In this document: positions 49,801-59,791 of the stretch, piece after piece
How positions within the stretch are numbered: position 1 is the first letter of the stretch
Layout of the letters: each line of letters starts with the position of its first letter
Assembly: GCA_905178155.1 (NCBI GenBank)
Contig: CAJINV010000002.1
Coordinates: forward strand, 2,229,216 to 2,293,215
Direction of reading: 5' to 3'
From: Amoebophrya sp. A120
Lineage: Eukaryota; Protista; Dinoflagellata
DNA length: 64,000 bases
The notes under the pieces: generated by a model
Told to the model about the DNA's origin: nothing
Database searches by the model: none
Seen by the model: the letters and a program-made list of their open reading frames with translations, nothing else
Position numbers and translations under genes: made by a program

Positions 49801-50518
49801 GCCGCCGGGGCGGGGGTAGTGAGGTCGTGGGCGTTTTCTTGCCGGCCGCCGCCTTGGCCGCGGCTTTGCTTTTTCTGGGCTCGCCATACCGCCGTGAGTA
49901 ACGTTAGGCCGCACGGTATGGCGGCCGCTTGGTAAGCGTCGCAAATTTTGGCAAATTTCCGATATTCCTTTCCGAAAGCCAGCCCCCATGCTATGGGGCC
50001 GATCCGGGCGCCACGGGGGGCGTCCAAAAAGCGAGGGGAAATCGGGCCCGTAGCATGCGGATTGGCTCTGCGCGTCTGGCGCGCTTTTTCTTTTTTGCGT
50101 CTTTATTTTTCCCGCCGGCGCTTTTTGCAAAGCTTCCCAGGCTCCGAAACCGGCGAAAAGGCGGCCGCTTTCGCGGCCGCCCAAAATGCTCCAAAATCGC
50201 GGCCGTGCCATGCTGTTTCGCTGTTCTGATTTTGGGCGAGTTTTTTGCGCGCCCCTTTTTTGGCGGCCCAAACCGCCAGAAACCAAGGCGGTGGGCGCCT
50301 CAGAAGGGCGCCCCTTTTGCCGGCTCCCCTGCGTCGTTTTATCAAGTGCGAACCGATAGTTTTCGACCGGGCTTGTTTGACTTCAAAGCCCCGCCCGCTT
50401 GATAATTGGAAATTTTTTATGTCAAAAAACGCTTCCGGCCGCGTGAAAACTGACGGCCGTTTTGCTGTCTGGCTGTCAAAAAAACTCCCTGGTTAGAGCC
50501 GTTCGGTGACCTCACTAC
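49801..50518 (-). mobile_element. 718-bp non-autonomous Helentron-like element, copy 2
   Basis: Highly similar to 2033-2750; same subterminal IR (49816-49826 / 50508-50518), hairpin and ATA flanks. Confidence 0.7.
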
Positions 50519-51861
50519 ATACGAAAACAAAAAGGAAGAGCACGCGTAGCCAGCAACATAAAACGAATAAGAAATGGCGGCCAGTAGAGCGACCGGCCCA
50601 CCAACTGCAGCCCAACGCCTAGCGCGCCAGATCCGGCCGGCCTCTGTAGTGCCAAAAGCCGGGTCAGGTAGAGGTAGATAAGGGCACGCGCTTCCGCTAG
50701 CTTGGTGCGCGGCACGGTAGCCGTGCCTCCTACCTTCTAGGAAATGTAAAGCAGACCCGCGCCCCCGGGCGGCGTCCCCTCTTTCTACTTCAGCTACCCA
50801 GCAAGCGCAGGCAGCTAGGGCGAGAACGCGAGCCCTTGGGGTCCGCAGGTAGGCTTTTTTTTTAGATGCGACTCCTGGCCGTCGCGCTGGTACTCGTCGT
50901 AGCAGGTGGTCGCCCGGCGTGGAAAGAAAGCGCTGCAACCTGCCGATACCCTGTAGCAAGTAGCAGGACCACGCAACTGCTGGTGGTTGCCTCCCAACAA
51001 ATCTAAGTAAGAGGCACGGCTGCCAGGGGTGTTTTTGAGTTTTACTCTCGGTGCCGGCGGCCACACCTCACAGCATGGCCATGGAGGCAACAGCCATGCG
51101 GCTGGCTGTTTCTGATGTGTTAGCCACAGCACCACTGTGGTTGGTTCGTTGTTTCTGTGCTCGGTTTCCTAGGCAAGCACCAGGGGCAGCGGATCGGCCG
51201 GGTAGCTGCGGTTGCTCAGTGTCAAAAACATCAAAAAAAAAAGGCTTTTGGCTGTCGAGCTGTAGATGCTCGCTATAGGCGGAAGCTGTAGAGCTTAGGC
51301 TCTAGAGCATCACCAAACAGCTGTAGAGATTCAGCTCTAGAGATTGAGCTCTACAGGTTTTCGAGCTCTAGAGGCGTTCGCCCGAATCGTTATCAATCTT
51401 TTTTCGCAGTAGCGTGGTGATTCACCAAAAAAAATTAGAAAAAAAAGGTCATCTCTAGAGATTTGATCCTTCTTGGCCCAGGTTTGAGCCTAGTCTGCAC
51501 CACAGTAGCATTCAGATTTCAGAAATAAAGCAAGTAGCCTTCTTTGAGCCTTCTTCGGTTCCAGGTTTGACCCTAGTTGCTGCAAGTACTATAGTTCTCT
51601 TGGCTATTGCAAACCTTTCCAAATGAAACATTCGCCCTCTTGCATCTATCAGCATCACAGATTTCCCGTCGTGAATAGGGAAAATTTGTATTGCGAAAGA
51701 TCCCAGCAAGAGCGACGCTTGTGATGCAAGCGATGCGATAGCCGGCTAGACTCTGGTGCATCAGAAGAGAAAGATTCATACTCCTTTCATGCATGACAAG
51801 AAGTTTTCATTTGGAAACTTCGCATCCCAAATCATTGCAACTTTGCGGGTGGGGGCATTTT

Positions 51862-54800
51862 TCACTGCAATAGGCCGTGGCCGGAGTTCTCGCCAACACG
51901 AAGAGTGTCTTCTTCGTCTTCCGCTGCGTAGCGATAGAAAAACCACTCCGCGGCATACCCCCAGTGCTTCCAGTTTTCGACCGGGTACCCATCGGCATCC
52001 TCGGGAACCTGGTTGGGTTTTGTTTCAGCTTGCTTCTCCAGGTATAATTTGCATGATTTTTGTTTTTTTCCGTAGTACATTCCAACATAATTTTGCAGTA
52101 TCTCATCAGAACCACAACTACGACGAAGGCATCTTCTGAGAGACCAGTTTAGATAGAAGTATACATGGAAGTGATCAGTACAGTACCTTGATCCATTGCA
52201 TGTATCCGAAACGGTATGCGTGCGTATGGCGTTCTCAAACGTGCCTTTCTCAACTGTGACATGATTTGTCATGCAAATTTACCAGCAAGATCTTCGCCAC
52301 GATTAAGCTGCTTCGCATGACAAAGCTCCGAAGGGCTAGACAGCATCTAAATCTGCGCCAAATCTGTAAAATGCAAAAGGCGCAATCTTCCCCCTTTCGC
52401 TTTTGGTTTTGCCGTTCTTGCATTACAAATTCATGTAACGGTTGAGAATGTAACATTTGAGAACTCCATAGTGTGGCTGCAGTCCGTCAAACACCTGCAC
52501 TTCGCTCGGCGCAGATATCGGCGACTGTCCCGGGTAACTGGGTTCGCTGGACACGAACTCCCAGATGCTGCCGCTCGTGCCCAAGTTCCGCAGCCCGGTC
52601 AGCTGCAGCCCCACATTGCGTGTGTTCCGCGCGACCCTCTGCGCCAAACCCTCGGTCTGAAAGGTTTTGTTCGCGGAAGATGCTCCGGTCGCCGTGCTCC
52701 CGGAGAAGTCTGATGGATCTTCTAGTTTGTCGTGATCCAGCATCGTTCTGCGTTGCACGTAGAGAAAGGGATGCTCGATTTTCATCTCGTTGTTCCCCGC
52801 GTGGCCACTGGCATCAATCGGCACTTGTTCCTCCGTGTAGGCGCGCGTGAGGAATCGGTTCGGGAGAAAATTATCCCTCCGCCCGCCGGGCAAAAGCGTG
52901 AGCCGTTGCTTGAAAAACAAGTTTTCGTCTGTTTCTCGGCCATCTTTGTCGACGAAATAAACGTCGTAGGGGTAGGTAAAGCCGTGCAGCATGCCGAGGA
53001 AGCCCGACCGCGCCTTTTCGGCGAACAGGCGGCGGTAGGCCACGAGCTCCAGAGCGGTCACATTGTCCGTGCGCCGCCACCGCGGGGCTGCGAGAGCGGA
53101 GGCGTCTCGGCTCAACAACGGTGGACTTAGCTGCGGCGCGTTCCTTTGCCGCTCCAACAACCTTTGCAGCTGTGCCGCTCGCGCGAATTGTTGTGCTTCC
53201 AGCCGCTCAGTGGGCTTGGTGCCGCCGTATCCTGAGTAAAAACGTCCCCGCACCACAGTCAAGATGGGAAATCTTCGTTCGTTGTGGATCGGCTCTGCCG
53301 ACCGGGTAACCCAACGCCTTGCATACAAATGACCGACTTAGGCGAGCCCCGTTGTGGGACATACAAATGGCCGTACGGAAGGGCCCTAAGCGCTACATAC
53401 ATAGTTCACCCTAAGCGCCCACCACTTCGGTCGGGGCCTCGTCAGCCTGATCCCGGGGGTCCACAGCGCACTAGCCCTTTGCTAGCATAAACAGATTGGG
53501 TGCTACAAACTGATCTGACTCCTTATAACAGTAAGGCCATCATAAAGGTGCGCGAAAACGGGTTCGGGGCGCTCCGCACGGAAGGGAGCCTTTCGACGCG
53601 GCGCGCACTCTCCTGTAGAGATTTACGCGGAACACGGACGGGCCGCGCACGCAACTCAGTCGAGGAGGACGCGCGCTATCCTCAATAACAGAGGCGGTAG
53701 TCCCTCACGGCGGCTGGCCTGTCTGAAGACGGTAAGCCCCACCTCCCATCTTCCCGGCTTTGGATGTTTCGCAGGACAAGTTTGTCCTTGTGGTGTACCG
53801 AATCCTCTTTAGCTAGTTCCGAAGCATCACAGATCTGGCATATCATGCTGATTCTAGCATCGCAAATCCCAAAACACAACTAGAAAATGGCTCTCATGGG
53901 GCTCCGCGTGAGAAACCTTTTTGGCATGCAGATTTGCATGACAACTCTGGGGTGGGACGTTTTTACTCAGAATACAGGACCGAAGATGCGATACCACTCC
54001 ATCTCGTCCGGGGAAACCGGCAACGGCGCGGGTGCCGCAGCGACGATCGCTTCTTGCTCTTGCGGGGACAGTTTCTGCAACTCCTCTACCGCGGCCTTCT
54101 CCTGGCTCGAGAGGTGAAGGTCATCAGCATCCTCGGGGGTGGAAGTGCTAGCCGCCAGAGTCGCGGACGTAGAATTCCCGACACCCTCCACAGCCACTTC
54201 ACCGTCCGACGATAGGACCGCCAATGTACTACTGGCAGCAGGCTCAAGGAGAAACTCCGGTGCGCCGTTCTCCCTGCTGTTCATCTTCTTGAGTTGTGAG
54301 GAAGATTCGTCAAGGTCGTCCGCGGCGCCGCTCCTTTTGTTCTCATCAACAGAGGTGGTCGTGGTTTTCGTTTTCGTACTAGCAGCTGCCGCATGAGAAC
54401 TACCAGGGTTTGTTGCCACAATGTCGCTACTTTCCACGTAGCTGCCGTCGTGTGTGGTCTTCCGAAACCGCCGCTTGTGCGTCGCCTCCGCCACGTTTTA
54501 TGCATTGCAAAAATGTATGGGTCTGGAAACTTGTGATGCTACAAGTGGATGATAGCCGGACTGCAAAACGCAGCCAAGCATGACAAATTTTTGAGCTGCT
54601 ATGCGTTGCGTATTCCGCATGAGAAGCTGCGTTTTTGCATGACAGGTAGGAGAGGCTTATTTCGTGCCCATGCAATACAGATTCTTGAATCATGTCAGAA
54701 ATGCATGACAAATGTCAGAATCTTCCAGACCCAGACATTTTTGCAATCCATACGTTTGTCGCGGTTGCGAAGTTGATGTTGATGACACCGACACCAGCCT

Positions 54801-54978
54801 GCGGGGTCAGATGGTGGAGGAAGACCTGCTCGTGGAAGTTGTAAAAACTACCCAACAAAGCTGTAGGAACGACAGCCGACCCGCGACGAGGCCGCTTTTT
54901 CATCTCGGCCGGATTCCTGATGTAGCTGTACCGCATTTTGCTTTTTTCAGTCAGAACGCCAACGTTCTTGTCAATCAT
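51862..54978 (-). CDS. Hypothetical protein, multi-exon; 3' end uncertain
   Basis: ORFs 54715-54978, 53967-54494 and 52423-53328 join in frame across introners (…ATNVAEA…, …IFGPGTKP…, …LQPHAYRFGYMQWIK…). Confidence 0.65.
52225..52470. mobile_element. Introner family G
   Basis: TIR tatggcgttctcaaa / tttgagaactccata; TSD gtgcg/gtgtg; related to 25427-25677. Confidence 0.88.
53228..53974. mobile_element. Introner family D, expanded by about 470 bp of internal foreign sequence
   Basis: TIR tatcctgagtaaaaacgtccc / gggacgtttttactcagaata; both ends align with 24548-24829; TSD not conserved. Confidence 0.8.
54499..54752. mobile_element. Introner family A (variant)
   Basis: Family A TIRs; TSD cgttt. 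Confidence 0.92.
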
Positions 54979-55589
54979 ATTCAGTTAGTACTAACCTGAT
55001 CTAGTAACCCTCTATCTAACCGCAGGAATAAAGCCAAACAGAAAGACAAAATACTAGTACTAGACCATGATCTTCACGCATATATAAAAATCCCCTGCTG
55101 GTGCGTATTAATTCTGCCCATTCTGCGTTTGAGTTTGACTTTGATGCCAGTCAGTGCCACGACCACGAGCCGCGTGACAATAAATTTCCGTTAGAAGGAC
55201 GACAAGTTGAAGATTTTGATGTCAGAAATATGTGCTAAACCACGACGACCCGCCACGACTACATCACGACGACCAGTACAACAAGTTGAAGATTTTTTCA
55301 TACTTACACATCTTTTGATTCACGACGCTGCGACCTTTACACGACGAAAATATTGATTTTCATTTTTCCTGTACCTGTTCGACGAGACCGAGAGTCGCAC
55401 AATAAAAATAAATATCCAATGCCAATCAAGAATCACGGCAACAGAATAACCCCGACCAAACTATCGTCAAAGACACAGTGTATTTTTAGCAAAGTCCTCC
55501 CGACAGATAAGTGCATTTTTGATCCCTGACACGAGACCGACAACGGGTCAACAGCTGTACTGGTTTGTCGTGCTTGTCCAAAACTTCTG

Positions 55590-55686
55590 CCTGTTGAACT
55601 CTGCGGCCTGTTGAACTCTGCGGCCTGTTGAACTCTGCGGCCTGTTGAACTCTGCGGCCTGTTGAACTCTGCGGCCTGTTGAACTC
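55590..55686. repeat. 17-bp minisatellite (cctgttgaactctgcgg), about 5.7 copies
   Basis: Perfect tandem units, read directly. Confidence 0.95.
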
Positions 55687-56105
55687 CTTACGCAGCGGAA
55701 GCTTCACGGGTGGAAGGAGAATTGATATTGAATTCTTTCAGGTCAAAAAGAAATCAATCGGGTTGGATTTGAAGCACAACTTCAACTTGGTTCACATTTT
55801 TTCGTACTCGATGCGAACAAAACTTTCATGGGTAGAAAATTTTTGAAGCAGAAGAGTTACTATAAGGCAAAAAAATTGACAGCTAGTACAACAATCAAAG
55901 TAGTACAACTACATCGACCAGTGGGCACTAGTACGTCGACAGGGGTTGTCATCAAAAAATGTCCTAAAGGCAGTTGGGTTCCGTGAACAATAGTGGGGTC
56001 ATCTTAAGAATCAAGAAGAAAAAAGTAGTACTCTCGTCCTCTTCCTCCCGGAGGACCACAAGCAATGAAAATTGTTCTAACTACTCACCTCGTCCTCCCG
56101 GTTGA

Positions 56106-58799
56106 TTAACGATTCATTCCAGGGTGCGAGTGCGTCAGCGGCACGCTCATTTCCTGCAGTCGCGCCAAAAATGCTTCCTTCGCCATCATATGAATTGCAA
56201 GAATGTCTGGGTCTGGAAGATTGTCATGCTAGTCTGGCATGACGCTGCACTCTGTATTGCGCGGCCCCCAAGAGGTCCTCTTGTCCGTCATGCAAAAGCG
56301 CAGTTTCTCATGCGACATACGCATCAAAGAAGCACGAAAATAAAACTTGCCATGCTTATCGGCGCATTACAGAGCACTATATTGCTCACGGACTTGCATC
56401 ACAAGTTTCCAGACCCAGACATTTTTGCACTTGATACATCACGGGGCATTCCCGCGGCCCCCCGTGCTGCATGGGTCCGTGGTGGTGACTCAACTCACAC
56501 TATCCTGTGCAAAAGTATCGTACTCGTATTGCGGTCATGCATTACAAATTTTTGGCTTAAGGTAAATCTGCATCACAAATTACATCTCTCATGCTAAGGA
56601 AATTTGTGATGCATGTATACGAGTACGATACTTTTGCAGTTCATACACACTCCCCCGGTGAGTGCTTGCAGCAATGGTCCCTCTCATTGGCGCAGTCGTT
56701 GTCTTTCTGGCACATAATCGGCTGGTCCTCCGGGCACTTTTTCCGCCCGCCGTGGTGATTGCAGGCATCATGGTAGTATCAAATGTAAAAATGTCTGGGT
56801 CTGGAAGATTCTGAGATTTGTCATGCATGTTTTGCATGACCCAGGATGTCTGTAATGCACGACCGCGCATCACAGATTTTGAGCGGGCTTCCTGATGCCT
56901 ACTCCGCATGACAAACGCCCTCCCCGCGTAGCACAAACTAGACTCCTCTTGCTGGTCATGCAATACAGAGTTTTCTAGAGTCCAAAGTTAGCATCACAAG
57001 TTCCAAATTTCCAGACCCAGACATTTTTACATTTGATAGGTAGCGGAAGTGACGCCCGACAGATTGGAGCGTGTCGTCCATGCAGAGGAGAAAGCGGCTC
57101 TATATCAAAATGAAAAATCCCCCCTCCCCATATCGCAACGAAGTTTCTGACGCTGGATTTCCGTACACAAATCGCAGCTGTCTTGCAGTACAGGACTGCA
57201 GGCGTATGCCAAGCCTCAGTCGAGAGGTTTTGACATAGGTGCCTAGCATGACAAACGTGTATGCTCCAAGCCCAGCAGCATCACAAACGGCCTGCAAAAT
57301 GCGGGGCGCTCTTTGGACATGCATTCTTGCAAGACAGACAGGATTTGAGGTCACAAATGCGCATCACAAATTTTCAGACGGATACGTTTTCAATATGGGG
57401 AGGGGGGATTTTTCCTTACGATACTCTGTCCCGAATGGCTCATCCAGGGACACTGTTCCTCGATTTCAGCGTCTGAAGCTGTTTTTCTCGTGCTTGTTTT
57501 AGTATTGCCAACATCGACTTCAACTTCTTCGTCCGGAGCTGCCGCTGCGTCGTCTGGAGCAGAAGCGCCGTATTTGTTCCCAAAAACTTCAGGATCTCCG
57601 TAAGTACCAGGAGGAAACCGCAGACTTGTATGATCTGCTGGACCCACTTTGTATGATCTACTTCCCAAATCACTGGGCTCGGCGTTTTATCAAATGCAAA
57701 AATGTCTGGGTCTGGAAGAATGCAAGACTTGTCATGCACATTTTGAATGGCCAGTGAGGTTTGGAATGCAGACCCTAGCATGACAGATTCTGTGAGGTCT
57801 CCGTCATGCCTATCCTGCATCAGAAACTGCCTCTCAACTTGGTCGAAAGTGGACAGCTTTTGGTCATCATGCAACACAGATTTTTGCATGATTCTGATTT
57901 ACCATGACAAGTTCCACTTTTCCAGACCCAGACATTTTTACATTTGATACGTTTGCGTCGCGGTTTTCGTCTTCATCTGCGCGCGAAATTTCTTGCGCTG
58001 CCGCCGCCGGGGCCGGCGGCACTGCTGCGGGTTTGTTATTGTTCTTCGGGGCATCAACCAGAGCCTTCTTGCTCCCCATTCCACCCGTCAACGGCTCCTC
58101 TTCTTTGTCATCATGATCTTCATGATCTCCATGTCCACTGCTTCCATAACAATCGGGGAAGACATTCTCCATTTTCGTTTTCTCTTTTTCCCTTTTGTTT
58201 TTCTTCTCCGCAACTTTTTTCCGGGTTTTTGCTACTGCGTTCTTGTAGTTTTCTCGTAGTGCGACAAAACTGGAGCTTCGCAGCAGATCCTCGGTGGACG
58301 ATGAAAAAGGAGCATTTCTAGAGGTACTAGTTGTACTAGCGACAGTTTTTTCTTCGAGGTGTAGTTCAGAGGGGGCACCATGTACGATGGTGTTGCTGCT
58401 CGTAGTTCTCTTCAATCGCGTTGACGCAGTGAGTTTTTCACTCTTACCTCCTTGTTTCGGCAAACGCTCCGCGCCGCGGAAGCGGGGCTGCCGATTCTGT
58501 TCTTCTTCCTGCCCGTCAACTTCATCCACTTCGACGATAGAAGCATCATCACCCGCAAGAGATGAGCTGCTCGACGCGCGGCCTGGTCGGCTGAGTCGTG
58601 CTGCAGCGGAGGTCCATAAAAATTCTTGCGGAAATAGAAGCAGACCGGTTCCGTGCTGTTGCACCAAATGTTGAACGATTATCCCGCCGGGAGAAAGAAA
58701 CAGCTTCATCCCTGCGGCTCGAGCAGTAGAAGGGGAGGTAAAGGTATTAATCACGACCATAGATAGAGCTTGCAGGAGGAGTGTCGTGTGGCGGAGCAT
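56106..58799 (-). CDS. Probably secreted protein with a C-terminal Cys-rich module (6 exons, 5 introners)
   Basis: Signal-peptide-like N-terminus. Spliced C-terminus DACNHHGGRKKCPEDQPIMCQKDNDCANERDHCCKHSPGEC…HGGPRECP; TAA at 56106-56108. Confidence 0.78.
56189..56436. mobile_element. Introner family A (variant)
   Basis: Family A TIRs; TSD catca. Confidence 0.92.
56501..56645. mobile_element. Introner family B
   Basis: Family B TIRs; TSD cacac. Confidence 0.92.
56777..57038. mobile_element. Introner family A
   Basis: Family A TIRs; TSD ggtag. Confidence 0.92.
57103..57423. mobile_element. Introner family E
   Basis: Family E TIRs; TSD ctcta/ctctg. Confidence 0.88.
57688..57949. mobile_element. 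Introner family A
   Basis: Family A TIRs; TSD cgttt. Confidence 0.92.
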
Positions 58800-59791
58800 G
58801 ATACAGTGATTTTTGATTGCCTATACTAGACGAAGTCGCCTGCAACATAAGCAAAAAAAAATCGTATAACTTCCTGTGAGGTTACTTTGCTTTTTAATAT
58901 GTGTGTTCAAAATAAAGTCGCATGAGGTACCTTCCAGCGCTGGAAGCCTTCCACGGGAAGAGAATGTAGTGTAAATAGGGAGATAAATGGTGTTTTTGGT
59001 TTTGGTACTGATAGATGCGTGACGGACCACAGATGTACTTACTTACATCATTGTTGAGGAGGGGAAAACGTAAAAATCCACATCACACGAGGAGCAATGT
59101 TCCGTTACCGCTGAGAGCGTCGCGCCTCGTGTAAATTGTAGGTGTACGCAAGAAAGCAGATCAGCACGGAAACTACGAAAACGCAATGGCAAGGTTCACG
59201 AATGACCATGATGCAATTCTGCTATGAACGATGAAGACGATTTGGGAACTTCTACGACAATTTCAAATGCTTAATGGTGGGACGACAGTGGTGTAAAAGG
59301 TTGCAGCTGTGCTTTAATTTCAAAGTAAATATTTATATACGACGTTATCCCGCTTCAAAACACGATGGACGAATCTGATAGACGCGCGACGGCGACGATT
59401 TGATCTAGACGAGGAGTAGGTGCATCCTGTCATTGCACATATGACTGACGCACCAATCCAAGCCCGCATTCGCCTTTTTGAAGGTGATCACACTAGTTTT
59501 CACCGTTAACTATGGACATGAGGAACAATTATGCTCGTCTGACCTTCATCCCAAGAACACAAATCGCATCGAGCTTCGAGTGCCCGTTTGACTCGTACTG
59601 ACGGAACTATTTTTCAAACTTCATCCTCGAACGTGGAAGCTACTAGCAAGCAGAGTGCCGGCTTCGCCGAGATTATGTCGCGTGAGAAAGTAGTAGCATG
59701 ACGTGCCGCCATGGTGTTGCAGGGTGAAAGCGAATCACGAGGTGAACCGCGCAACAAGTAAAAAAACTGCTGCAAACAAGAACCTTCAACC

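Noticed and set aside
55590-55686. 17-bp tandem repeat as a functional array
   Set aside because: Perfect head-to-tail minisatellite without spacers in intergenic DNA; nothing indicates function.
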